Positions 13,480 through 26,900 of a stretch of DNA of 64,000 nt are shown here, one piece after another. The notes below the pieces were generated by a model. The model saw only the letters and a program-made list of their open reading frames with translations, ran no database searches and had not been told where the DNA came from. This stretch comes from Octopus vulgaris (lineage: Eukaryota), in assembly GCA_951406725.2 (NCBI GenBank), contig OX597842.1:6758001-6822000 (forward strand), written 5' to 3'. The position numbers and the translations under genes were made by a program. Each line of letters starts with the position of its first letter. Within the stretch, counting starts at the first letter, position 1.

Positions 13480-13875
13480 CTGTGAGTAGAAAAGAAGAAA
13501 AAGAAAACTCATAAGATTGCTTAGAATGACCATATGTTATGATATGTCCCTAAGACATATCATAAGATTGCTTAGACATATCATAAGATTGCTTAGAATA
13601 ACCATATGTAATGATATGTCCCTAAGATAAAAATATTTTTATCTTAGGGACAAGGACACAAATTTTCAGGTTAAGGTTTGATTTATCCCAGTATATGACT
13701 GGTACTTTATTTTATTGATTCCAGAGAATTGTATTGCTAAGTTGACCTTGTTGGAATTTGAACTCGACTCAACTGAGCTGAATTAATTTCTTTACTGTTG
13801 CTAGAAGAGTAACTATAACAATATAAGAGATCAGTAAAAATGTATAAGGTATCTATCTATCTATCTACCTGTTTG

Positions 13876-13924
<49 letters not shown>

Positions 13925-14578
13925 ACATGTATGTATGTATGCATGTACAATTGGCTTCTTTTAGATTCTATCTACCAAAAACACTCACAAGGCTTTGGTT
14001 GGCCCAAGACAACAGTAGAAGACACTTGCCCAAGGTGCCACACAGTGGGGCTGAATGTGGAACCATGTGGTTAAGAAGCAAACTTCTTACCACACCACCA
14101 TACCTGTGCCATTCCTGCATATGGTACAGGTGCGTAGTGCACCATATATGTAAAACATATTCAATGCTAGGTCTTGTAGGGCAATTCTTGTCATGAAGAT
14201 CAAGTTGAAATATAACACTTCATTTCCCTATATTAGAAGTGGAATATCTGTACCTATTCAGGGCATCTGAATGGCTTATAAATTCCATGTGAAACAGGTG
14301 AGATATTTGTGGAGATAAGTGTTAGCTTATATCAGTAAAACATTGATAGCATCAAATTTAACCGAGCAAAGTGGTCAGTCTCTCAGAAAAATAATCAATA
14401 AGGTGTATGCCTGCCAAATGATGAACAACTTGTTCAAATACTGTTGTTGTTTTGTTCAAAGAAGCAGACAGAATGTTATGTATTTTTCATTGTAAAATCA
14501 CATTCACTTTGTCAATCAGAGACTTGGACAAAATAAAAAGCTCAAATTCATTAGAAAAGCAAAAGTGGTATAGCTTAC

Positions 14579-14735
14579 CTTGCAACATGTACTGGTAGGC
14601 ATTGTCAGCAACGGAGAACAAATGGGGAGGCATTTCAGCTTTCCTTTTGCCCCTGTACTTGTCAACAAGGTTTTGACCATAAATGGGGAGACGTCTGTAG
14701 GGATTGATAGCCACACAGAAGAGACCTGAGTAGGT
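14579..14735 (-). CDS. Mhc1: Myosin heavy chain coding exon ([19 protein letters not shown]...[18 protein letters not shown], 157 nt)
   Basis: Acceptor TCTTCTTACAG|, donor AAG|GTAAGC, phase 0-1. Canonical myosin II motifs. Confidence 0.97.
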
Positions 14736-15076
14736 CTGTAAGAAGATTGGAAAGGAAAGAAACAAATGATAATAATAATAATAACAACAACAACAACAAC
14801 AGTAATAATAATAATAATATTTTATGCAGGAACAAGGACAGAAATTTGAGGGAAGGGGACCAGTGATTATATTGTCTCTAGAAATTGATTGGTATTATAT
14901 TTTATTGATATTCAGTTGGTTAATAATTGAATTTTTTTATTGCATACAAAGGGTTGAAATGGGGACATAACAATAATATAGTACAGAATGGAAGGGATTA
15001 AGGGAGAAAATTATTCACAAATGTGATATGAAATGATGATGTAAGGATGTAACTGCATATGTCTCAAGATTCGTCA

Positions 15077-15128
<52 letters not shown>

Positions 15129-15257
15129 GAGAGAGAGAAAGTTATGAGTTGTCAGTCTGAGATCCTATCATATACTTGCAGATGCCCAGTTTTTAAAAAT
15201 TTTAGCCAAATGGGAACACAGTGCCTTGAAGTTTCAGTCAGTTAAGCCATCATCAGA

Positions 15258-15340
<83 letters not shown>

Positions 15341-15444
15341 CAAATAATGTATATATATATATATACATACATAATATTCAATGTTTTGACAATCTTTAAC
15401 AAAAGTGAAACGGTTAAGTAAATAAACATCGTTTAAATTATTTT

Positions 15445-15504
<60 letters not shown>

Positions 15505-15994
15505 GCAGATAGAGGGACAGATGTGTGGAAGGGCTTTTGTGTAGTTTCTATCTAGCAGGCTTCCTTCAAATGGCTTCTGTATGACCCAAGAAGATATGGA
15601 AGAAGACAGCAGACTCAAAATGCTTTCACAGTGGCAACAAGGCCAGCAGAAAACGATTGCAAAGTAAACTGTTTAATCAAACCACTTTCTATTTCCAACA
15701 AAAAATAATTACCCCTACCACCCTGTCTCATGAGCCTTGCTTCACCAAAATAGCAGCGACGCTATTACAAAACTGTCCGCTTGATACTTGCTGAGTGAAT
15801 CATGGAAAAAAAATGAAGAACAGTGTTTTCCTTTGTGGCATTTTGGGAAAAGTTTTTGAGGCAGCGAAGATAAATCAACAGTTATGCATGATAAAGTAGC
15901 ACTGAACAACCTGGTAATTGTCTTATGGGCAAAAAAATGAGGAACTGCAAATGGAATAGATATATGTATGTGTGTATATTTATATATATGTATG

Positions 15995-16031
<37 letters not shown>

Positions 16032-16094
16032 GTATATATATATATTTATATGTATATATATATATATATATATTTATATGTATATATATATATA

Positions 16095-16109
16095 TGAAGG
16101 AAAGTAACC

Positions 16110-16161
<52 letters not shown>

Positions 16162-16186
16162 ATGTATATATTAAGTAAAGTAACCC

Positions 16187-16224
<38 letters not shown>

Positions 16225-16321
16225 GTATATATATATATTTATATGTATATATATATATTTATATGTATATATATATATTTATATGTATATATATATATGT
16301 ATATATGAAGGAAAGTAACCC

Positions 16322-16366
<45 letters not shown>

Positions 16367-16394
16367 TATATGTATATATTAAGTAAAGTAACCC

Positions 16395-16452
<58 letters not shown>

Positions 16453-16470
16453 GTAAAGTAACCCACAAAT
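16095..16470. repeat. Compound minisatellite: AAAGTAAC(C)CACAA units separated by (TA)n, five copies
   Basis: Directly visible. Confidence 0.85.
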
Positions 16471-16507
16471 ATGGGAGCAATATAAATCAGAGTTACTATT
16501 ATTATAA

Positions 16508-16725
16508 AGGGGGCAAGATGGCAGAAATGATGGCACACCGGGCAAAATGCTTAGTGGCACCTCGTCCATCTTCACATTCTAAGTTCAAATTTTACTGAGG
16601 TCAACCTTGCCTTTCAGCCTTTCAGGGTTCATAAATTAAGTACCAGTGATAGACTGGGGTTGATGTAATCGACTTGCCCTCTCCCTGCAAATTTCAGGCC
16701 TTGTGCCTTTAGTAGAAAGGTTTAT
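16508..16725 (+). mobile_element. SINE family C copy
   Basis: GGCAGAA...CCGGGCAAAATGCTTAG...GTTCAAAT (B-box-like)...AAGTACCAGT...CTGGGGT. Recurs at 45945-46100 and 46625-47160. Confidence 0.75.
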
Positions 16726-17467
16726 TGTTAATTTTAGTTGCTTCAGTTTAGGTAAAGATAAAATCTTTGAGAAATAGTAAGCTGATTGTGATAGTGGTTG
16801 TTGTAGCAGTGGTTGTTGTAGCAGTGGTGGTTTTGAGCACTGATTTTACTGGTGCCACTGATAATTTGTGTGTATACGTGGGCGTAGCGTACAAAGCTTA
16901 CTGTCTAATTCTTTATCTGATAACATTGAAGATGCCGCAATACCAGGATGCTGTTCATTTCAGTAAAGTGTGGCTTGAAGAGAATTCTAGCTGCTATTTC
17001 ATCTTGGGCAACTGACTAAGTACAGGCCATACGGTGGTGGGGTTGATGGTAGTTGCAGTCGTAGTGGTAGTGGAAGGGTTGTGGAGGGTGGGTGGGTGTA
17101 GCGGAGGGGGTACTATCATACTGCTTATCTAATGAATTTAGGAATTTGGTTAAAATTAGAAGTATTATTATCAGAATGGTGGTGGTTGTGATGGTAGCAA
17201 AGAAGGTGAAGTTGTTGTGTGGTGGTTGTTGTAGTTGTAGTTTTTTTTATTTTCTTTATTTCTCCCTCAGTAGACCCACTTTGCTGAATTGACCCTTTAG
17301 TATTCAGGTTACCCCTGTCAAATGTAATGCTTATTTTATACATTTTATACACATGGAATTGATCATGTATTATCTTATAGCTATGATATTCCAAAGATGT
17401 GAGTGGATCTAGTGGATGGAAACTGAAAGAAGCCCATCGTATAAGATCAATGTATACATATATATAT

Positions 17468-17876
17468 ACTCTTTTACTTCTTTCAGTCATTTGACTGTGG
17501 CCATGCTGGAGCACTGCCTTTTAGTCGAGCAAACAACCCCAGGACTTATTCTTTGTAAGCCTAGTACTTATCCTATTGGTCTCTTTTGCCGAACCGCTAA
17601 GTAACGGGGACGTAAACACACCAGCATCGGTTGTCAAGCGATGTTGGGGAGACAAACACAGACACACAAACACACACACACACACATATATATATACATA
17701 TATATATATATACGACAGGCTTCTTTCAGTTTCCGTCTACCATATCCACTCACAAAGCTTTGGTTGGCCCGAGGCTATAGTAGAAGACACTTGCCCAAGG
17801 TGCCACGCAGTGGGACTGAACCTGGAACTGTGTGGTTGGTAAACAAGCTGCTTACCACACAGCCACTCCTGCACCT
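17468..17876 (-). mobile_element. tRNA-derived SINE family A, full length
   Basis: Near-identical reverse complement of 54600-55017, with an A/B-box-like head and AAAAGAGT tail. Confidence 0.85.
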
Positions 17877-18499
17877 ATATATATATATTATGTATGGATA
17901 TATCTATGTGTGTGTGTCTTTGTATCTGTAATTGTCCCCTGCCGTGACCACTTGACAACCAATGTCAGTTCATTTACATCCTTGTAACATCGTGCTTCAG
18001 CAAAGGAGACTGACAGAACTAGTACCGGGCTTTAAAAAATATGCCCTGGGCTGAATTCCTTGCACTAAAAATTCTTCAAGGTGGTGCTGCAGCATGGCCA
18101 CAGTCTAATGATTGAAACAAGAAACAGATATGTATATACACAGATGAGAAATACATATCTTCTAGTGTTTAATTAATCAATTAATTAATTAGAAGAAAAA
18201 GCTAATAATATACTCCAGTCACTACCCAGAGTTATTTGCAACATGCAATTATTTAGGGGACAAAGTGATTCATCCAGGCGACAAAGAAATGAACCTTTTT
18301 GTCCTGCAAACAATGGCAAATGGCTCTGAACCCTGAGAAATGTCTGAAGGAATTACTAATCTTTTTCCACAAAGTTTTTACTTAATTTCAGTTTCATTGA
18401 TTGAGAATTGGCAAATCCTGAAAGTTTGGGGCACGAGTTTACACAGTTTCATATATATATGTATGTATATATATATATATATGTATATACATATATTTA

Positions 18500-18566
18500 T
18501 ATAGCCTCGGGCCGACCAAAGCCTTGTGAGTGGATTTGGTAGATGGAAACTGAAAGAAGCCTGTCG

Positions 18567-18599
<33 letters not shown>

Positions 18600-18808
18600 G
18601 TATGTGCATGTATGTTTGTGTGTCTGTGTTTGACAACCGATGCTGGTGTGTTTATGTCTCCGTCACTTAGCGGTTCAGCAAAAGAGACCCAAAGAATAAG
18701 ATAAGTACAGGGCTTACAAAGAATAAGCCCCGGGGTCGAGTTGGTTGATTAAAGGCGGCGCTCCAGCATGACCGCAGTCAAAATGACTGAAACAATGAAA
18801 CAAGTAAA
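18500..18808 (+). mobile_element. SINE family A, 5'-truncated
   Basis: ATAGCCTCGGGCCGACCAAAGCC...GACTGAAACAA shared with the other copies. Confidence 0.8.
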
Positions 18809-18926
18809 AAAAAAAAATATAGACAGATAGATATATGGAGAGAGAGGGAGAGGAGGATGGAAGAGAGAGGGGGAGCGAGATGCTACCCATCATAATTAGC
18901 TGTGGCTGCTGCCTCTTTTTCTACTG

Positions 18927-18962
<36 letters not shown>

Positions 18963-19143
18963 GTAGCTATGAAGTCACTGGGCAGCTCATGTTACAAGGC
19001 AAACCCAAGAATAGAGACGAGCTCTCTACTCTGGTGTTGTGCTGTGTTCTTTGGAAACTCCATATAAGTAGATCTGTGAGGAGCTCAACCTACCAAATCT
19101 GTGCAGATTCCAGTGAACTAGCTAACAACCTTATCACACACAG

Positions 19144-19203
<60 letters not shown>

Positions 19204-19512
19204 TACACTTTATCTTTTCATCCTGTGTGTGTGTGTGTGTGGAAAGAGTGTGAGGGAAAGAAAGGAAAGAAGAGAAATGTAAGTACATGCTCACACACAC
19301 ACACACTACATGAATACATACATATTCATGCGTACATACACACACACATATATAAACATGTATGTGTGTGTATATATATATATATAATATAAATTGATGG
19401 GATAATTACAATCCAGGTTATCACCTCATTAGCACTTCATACAGGAACCTGGCTAGCATAGTATCCCATTATATATATATATATATACATACATATATAT
19501 ATTAATGTGTGT

Positions 19513-19602
<90 letters not shown>

Positions 19603-19645
19603 TATATTACTTTTTATACTTTTTGATAGTTATATATATATTTAA

Positions 19646-19676
<31 letters not shown>

Positions 19677-19890
19677 AAAAATAATAATAAAAAAATTTAT
19701 ATATATATAAAAATTTATAAATATAAATTGAATAATTTTAAATTTTTAACTTTAAATTTAAATAATTTAAACTTTGAATTTTGTATTCTATATATTTTGT
19801 ATATTATATTAATTAATTTTATTTCTATGTTTTGGTTTATGTTTTTCACTGTTTGATTTGCCTAATAGTGGTTTTATCTCAAATTTAATT

Positions 19891-19952
<62 letters not shown>

Positions 19953-20247
19953 TACATAGATAGATAGATAGATATATAGATAGATATGTGTCTGTGTGTG
20001 TGTGTCTTTGTGTTTGTGTTTTGTTTGTGCCCAGCCAGTCTTTAACAAACCAGTGTTGGCTTGTTTACAGCTCTGCATCTTATTGGATCACCCATATTCA
20101 GTCCCCTGCAGGACCAGGGCCTGAGCATATTCTCCCAACAAGAGAATGGCTTGTGAATCCTATTGGTTTCCCTGACCTTACTCTGTTACATTGACTCAAC
20201 ATGGCTTGACAGAGGGATGCAGTTGTTTTGGGATTTTTCTGTACTCA

Positions 20248-20412
20248 GGCGCAGGAGCGGCTGTGTGGTAAGTAGCTTGCTAACCAACCACATAGTTCTG
20301 GGTTCAGTCCCACTGTGTGGCATCTTGGGCAAGTGTCTTCTGCTATAGCCCCAGGCCGACCAATGCCTTGTGAGTGGATTTGGTAGATGGAAACTGAAAG
20401 AAGCCTGTCGTA

Positions 20413-20457
<45 letters not shown>

Positions 20458-20495
20458 TTTATAGATATGTGGTTAACCCGATTCAACCCGGGACC

Positions 20496-20540
<45 letters not shown>

Positions 20541-20762
20541 GTGTTTGCGTGTCTGTGTTTGTCCCCCCCCCCAGCATCGGTTGTCAACCGATGCTGGTGT
20601 GTTTATGTCCCCTTAACTCAGCAGTTCGGCAAAAGAGACCGATAGAATAAGTACTGGGCTTACAAAGAATAAGTCCCGGGGTCGATTTGCTCGACTAAAG
20701 GCGGTGCTCCAGCATGGCCGCAGTAAAATGACTGAAACAAGTAAAAGAGTAAAAGAGTAAAG
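20248..20762 (+). mobile_element. SINE family A, full length with expanded internal (TA)n
   Basis: GGCGCAGGAGCGGCTGTGTGGTAAG...GGTTCAGTCCC head and (GTAAAAGA)n tail. Confidence 0.85.
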
Positions 20763-21477
20763 AGAGAGTAGTTGGATCAATTACATTGACCCTTAAAGGA
20801 TCAAAATCCATTAGTATCTTATTGTATAGAGAGAAAGAATTGAACTAATTACTACATTACTATACCCATACAAAGCTTCATGACCTAGACTGGTGTGCAG
20901 TACAGCACTGTATGTCCAGGCAGTTGAAATGTAGGAGTCTGTTTGTGTATATATGTATATACCAATAGGTAGATTGTTTTATATATGTGTGTGTGTGTGT
21001 ATGTGTGTGTGTGTATGTGTGTGTGTGTGTGTATGTGTTTGTGTTAACAGCACTGTCAGCGATATATGAATATATGAGTAGACCAATATGTCTAATATGT
21101 GTGTGTGTACGTGTGTGTGTGAGTGTGTGTGTACTGTGTGTGTGAGTGTGTGTGTGTGTATGTATGTGTGTGTGTGTGTGTGTGTGTGCACACATATATG
21201 TGTATGTGTTTATCATTAAGTCAAATACATGCTGAGCAGAAATGTTATGTGTCCTGCATTCCCACCCCACCTACAATCCTCTTCGTAGGGAGGATCAGCA
21301 ACTAATCAAGGAGATAGCACATGTGAATGAGAGAGAGAGAGAGAGAGAGAGAAAGAAACAGACAGAAACAGACAGCGGTAGTGTGTGTTTGAGAGAGAGA
21401 GAGAGAGAGTGGGAGAAACATGTAATGATGTTAATGGAGAAAGCTGCTGTTTCAAATGACCAACCAAATGTACTTAC

Positions 21478-21621
21478 GTAGATGAAACCAGATTGGTAAC
21501 GTGACCTCAAGTTATGCAGAATGGAGGCTTCATTAAGAAAGGTTAAGTTGGCCATGTCCATGTTCATTTCAAACTTAGGAGGGTTCATCTGAGAGATGTC
21601 ATCTTTCTTGATTGTTCTCAT
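21478..21621 (-). CDS. Mhc1: Myosin heavy chain coding exon ([18 protein letters not shown]...[11 protein letters not shown], 48 codons)
   Basis: Acceptor CTTTTCTTTTGCAG|, donor TAC|GTAAGT, phase 0-0. Contains the conserved NPPKF and [17 protein letters not shown] motor-domain motifs. Confidence 0.97.
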
Positions 21622-21704
21622 CTGCAAAAGAAAAGGGGTCAGATGTAGGTTTTGATCAAGGTTTATTTCATAAAGGAATATTTTAAACAGAACCTTAGGG
21701 GCGT

Positions 21705-22040
21705 AACCTTTTAGCATTCGGATTACCCTTTCAAATGTAATGCTTATTGATTCAAATTTCAAATGTAATGCTTATTTATTTATTCATTTTTTAGAATGAC
21801 ATTGTATGATAGGTGTGAAAGGCTGGAACTGGCCAGTTCAACCTTTTAGCATTTAGATTACTCTCTCAAAAGTAATTCGTATTCATTTACATTGTTTTGA
21901 GTTAATCATGCATTATCTTGCAGCTAAGGCATTTTACTTGTGTGATTCCTTTATTTTGAGAAAGACAAGATAGGATAGGTGTGAGAGGCCAGATCTGGCC
22001 AGTTTTAACTGGTTGAATATTTAGACTTGGATATAGCTGG
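21705..22040. mobile_element. piggyBac-like MITE with internal tandem duplication of its left end
   Basis: Termini (T)AACCTTTTAGCATTC ... GAATGCTAAATGGTTAA. The left end is repeated at ~21840, and a related left end occurs at 17290-17410. Confidence 0.55.
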
Positions 22041-22139
22041 TTTGAATGCTAAATGGTTAAGGGATAATAATTAAAGGAAATTATATAAAGAAATGCTTTG
22101 AAATGATTTATAGGGAAATACAGATTATTTAAGGGGGCA

Positions 22140-22188
<49 letters not shown>

Positions 22189-22207
22189 CATACATATATA
22201 TATACAT

Positions 22208-22268
<61 letters not shown>

Positions 22269-22702
22269 ATCCAAACATATATATATATATATGATAAACT
22301 CACTCATTCATTTCATTGAGGAGTATTCTTGTTGAAATTCTCATTGAATTATAGTGTGATGTGGCTGAGTATTCCACAGACACACCCATTCTTAATGTAA
22401 TCTGATAGACTCAATGTGATGGGCTCAATTAGGGATAAAACTGTACCTTTCGTCCTACTTCACTCATGCTTTCTGTGCTCGCCCCTTACTCAGGGCCCTA
22501 GATCAAAGACTGATCTCAAGTTTGTGCAGAGCACATTTAATGAATATTGAGAACCATGAAACTGTGATGGTAACTTCATGACCACACAGTCATTTGACTT
22601 CTGCACACACACACACATAGACACAAAAGCACATATACACACACACATATATATATATATATGAATATATATGAATGACTTTGCCTTTGCCTTTCATATA
22701 TA

Positions 22703-22737
<35 letters not shown>

Positions 22738-22770
22738 GCAAATCCAAAGAAGTGAATCTCAGATATTTAC

Positions 22771-22968
22771 CTCACAGGTAGCGTCACATTTGACAGTGAC
22801 TTCATCTCCCTTGGTACTCTGGATTTCTGCGGACAGGAAACCTTCCTTGGGGTCTGGCACCCAGCAGTTCTTCTTGCCGTCAAATGCCTTGGTGGTCAGC
22901 TCCAACAGCTTGTTCCTAGGCAGACACAGAAACTCCATATCCGGATCATTGGGATCGTAACCGGCCAT
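22771..22968 (-). CDS. Mhc1: Muscle myosin II heavy chain, first coding exon (N-terminus/SH3-like domain: MAGYDPNDPDMEFLC...VTVKCDATCE, 66 codons)
   Basis: ATG in ACAATGG context. The peptide AFDGKKNCWVPDPKEGF is typical of molluscan muscle myosin. Ends at a phase-0 donor GAG|GTAAAT (22770-22769). Confidence 0.97.
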
Positions 22969-23137
22969 TGTTGTTGCTTAAGTCGAAACTCCGAAATAAG
23001 GGAGAACGCTAAGGTAAGCTTTTGTGGAAATGTTTGGATTAACCGAGTATCCGGCGAGAGACTTTCGTCGTTTTTGGTTGGTCTGCAGAACCAAAAGAAT
23101 CTGGTCAACACCCGAGCGTGAAAAACAGCCCTAGGAC
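22969..23137 (-). other. Mhc1: 5'UTR portion of the ATG-containing exon
   Basis: Strong acceptor CTTTTCTTCTTTTCCTGTCTGTAG| at 23138-23139. No upstream ATG in this stretch. A second possible acceptor TTTTGGTTCTGCAG| would start the exon at 23082. Confidence 0.7.
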
Positions 23138-23205
23138 CTACAGACAGGAAAAGAAGAAAAGGAAATAGAGAAAGACATTATTAGTATTGATATATAATAT
23201 AAATA

Positions 23206-23263
<58 letters not shown>

Positions 23264-23408
23264 TAGTAATAATAATGATAATAATGATAATAATATAATC
23301 AATATTGATAATGATAATAATGATATATAAAAATGATTTCTAATACAGGGACACACATATAAGTATATATAGAGATAGATATAAAGATATATATACACAC
23401 ACACACAC

Positions 23409-23444
<36 letters not shown>

Positions 23445-23639
23445 TTGTGCATATTTATAATATACTTATATATTTCTTCTTTATGTGTGTGTATACACAT
23501 AGATATGTATTTATGAATGTATACATATGTACACACACATATTGGAAGGGCTAGAAAAGATACTACTGATAACCAACAAATGAAGGCCTCAAGATTTAAA
23601 TAGTTATTGAGAATAATATTCACTGGATCGATTTATGAT

Positions 23640-23776
23640 ATATGGGCATACAGCTGTAGAAATACTGCCAGATCAGACTGGGCCTGGTGCAGCCTTCTGG
23701 CTTCCCAGACCCCAGTTGAACCCTCCAACCCATGCTAGCATGGAAAGCAGACGTTAAACGATGATGATGATGATGA
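23640..23776 (+). mobile_element. RTE-type LINE 3' end fragment
   Basis: CAGCTGTAGAAA...CCAACCCATGCTAGCATGGAAAGCAGACGTTAAAC(GAT)n tail, same as 56860-57060 and 62750-62920. Confidence 0.65.
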
Positions 23777-24069
23777 TCAAATATATAAAACAGATTTGTT
23801 TGGCAGAAACATTTGACCATATGTTGAGAATCATTTTAATAATAGCAGCATGTATATAATTAACTAAAGTGCAGATAGTGTTGAGTATATGTTTAATGAG
23901 CATAATTAGTGATGATGTACAAATAGACCCTGGGGTACAAATAGACACACAATGAACTTTCATTCTCTCATTCTTTCTCTCTTTTACTCTCCCTCTCTAT
24001 GTCCACAAATGATTAAGTTTCCTGGTGATTACAAGTTCATTAGATGTGCAGTGGTCAGAAGAGATAGAC

Positions 24070-24123
<54 letters not shown>

Positions 24124-24409
24124 GAGAAATAACCTCTATTAAGCAATACAATAGTGAAAGACATTATCCATATTAAATAGAAAATTTTTTAATATACTCT
24201 AATAAATATTATTCAAAAAAGCAATAAATTAAATAAACATGTGCTTATAGTATATTTAAATTTTCTCTATTGAACATGGATAATGACTTTCACTATTGAA
24301 TTGCATAATAGAGGTAATTTCTCTTAATTATATACATATATATTGTGACATTTGACTTAGAATTGCTAAATTGAATTTTTCCCTGTAAGTTTGGAATTAT
24401 ATTCCCTAC

Positions 24410-24473
<64 letters not shown>

Positions 24474-24863
24474 CGGGGCGGGGATAGAAGAGGAAGCAAT
24501 GATTGAGGGATATGTAGAAACAGTAAAACATAATTAAAGTTTGTTTGTTTTCTGGGAAAAGCAAAAATATTTCTGGTAGATAACAAAAAGAGAGATAGTC
24601 TATGTAAAGGGAGAGTGTGAGGGAATTGGAGACAAAGAGAGATGGTGAGAGAAGGACATATAGGTAAATATAGTGTGAGTGAGTGAGAGGAATAAACTAT
24701 AGAGAAGAGAGAGAGAGAGAGAGAGAGAGGAATATAAAGGATTATATACACTCTACTGCAACTGTGAACAACAAAGAAGGGAACAACCTTGATCTAAGTA
24801 ATCTGGGAAAAGATATGTGGAAAATTTGGATGATTGCTTGATACCAGAAGAGAAAATAATGAC

Positions 24864-24909
<46 letters not shown>

Positions 24910-24968
24910 TATACACCACACATATGTACTTGTACATAGTCATGTATACATATAAAACACACACACAC

Positions 24969-25003
<35 letters not shown>

Positions 25004-25015
25004 TACATATTAAAA

Positions 25016-25046
<31 letters not shown>

Positions 25047-25472
25047 TACATATATATACATACATATGTATGTATATATGTGTGTGTGAGTATGTATGTA
25101 TGTATGCACATACATATGCACAGATAGATGCAAGCCCAGATAGTAAATGCGATAAAGAGATAAAAATCATTCTGAATTATTTGAAAAATATTTGAAAAAA
25201 AATATGTCTGGGTTGAAATGAATAGAAATTAGTTTCCATTTTCTTATAGGGAAATGACAAACAAAATAGAAATGGAAGAGAAGATTTAGCAGAGACTAAA
25301 AGGCAGGTGAAGGTTTCAAAAGAAATTTGTTTAAAACAAATCCTAATTTTCCAATCATCTTCTCAGTTATCTATCTATCTATGTATCTATCTATGTCTGT
25401 CTGTCTGTTTGTTTGCCTGTATGTCTGTTAATCCCTCAACATATATATATATATACACACAGACAGACAGAC

Positions 25473-25526
<54 letters not shown>

Positions 25527-25745
25527 CTAAAAGCCATTTATGTACACTTTTTATAGTTACACCACACCAAGGACCCACCTCTGAGTCACGTCTAGGGTCT
25601 AAATTGGATTTTGGATTTGTTTATCATTGATATATTCAATGTTGTTTATTCTAATCTGAGTTCTATGTTATTGTACCTAGCCATTTCTGGCATCCTACAG
25701 TTTGATGAGCCTTGATTCTTAAACGCATATAACAAAATGATATTT

Positions 25746-25794
<49 letters not shown>

Positions 25795-25948
25795 TATAGA
25801 TATATGTATATATATATAAACACACACACACACATATATATATATATACATATATACATATATATATACACACATATATATATATACTTTTATATATGCA
25901 TATATATGTATATCTATTTGCCACTTTCTCTCTCTCACTCTATATATA

Positions 25949-25979
<31 letters not shown>

Positions 25980-26772
25980 AGAAAGAGAGAGAGGGAGGGA
26001 GAGAGAGTGAGAGACTGCTTCTTAGTGAAAATAAAAAAGAATAAAAACCTGAGCCAAGAAGCAGAGTGTGTAAGAAACTTATAAACACCTGAAGAAAGAT
26101 TTTGTTTTAGAAAGCAGCAGAAAGCAGCAGGCAAAACTAATGTTGCCCAAAAATATATTTAGACTGGCATCAGCAGCACTGGCAAACATTTTTGGAAGTC
26201 ATCTACATGTGCTGATAATGCTATTTAACCATGGGAGTGTCTGGACTGTCTAGTCCTGTGATCAGAAGAACTCCAGCTGTGACCATCCTAACTTTAGTTA
26301 TTTTGTATCTAAATAACTGTTATTTAATATTGCAGTTTTTTTTTCTTACAGACCTCAAGGTGTGCCTTTTTAAGGTATTTTGGCTGATATTTCGAGCAGG
26401 TCATGTCACAAGGCTGTTAAGAACTGTCAGTGGTGTGTATATATACACATACAAACTTCCAGCTTCTATATTCGGATTACAAGTTTACATTTATACCAAT
26501 AATAATTGGTGCACTTTTCTGTTTTAGTAAATGCCTAAGTGACAATCTGGATAAGCTTGGATTGTCAGAAAAAGAAATTGACTAATATACACATAATAAA
26601 TACGATCTGTAAGGGGAACAGTAAAAATATGCAAGACTTTTCTCAAGTTTAAACTGCAACATTGATTTTGTTATCTATGCTCCAATGATAGAGCTTTGTA
26701 TCTTTGTTAGAAACTAGCTTGCTCCTCAAAGGAAGAATTTAAATAATTAAAGACAGAAGGGAATCATACATA

Positions 26773-26900
<128 letters not shown>

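Noticed and set aside
16095-16470. CRISPR-like repeat-spacer array
   Set aside because: The spacers are only (TA)n; eukaryotic minisatellite with no cas genes.
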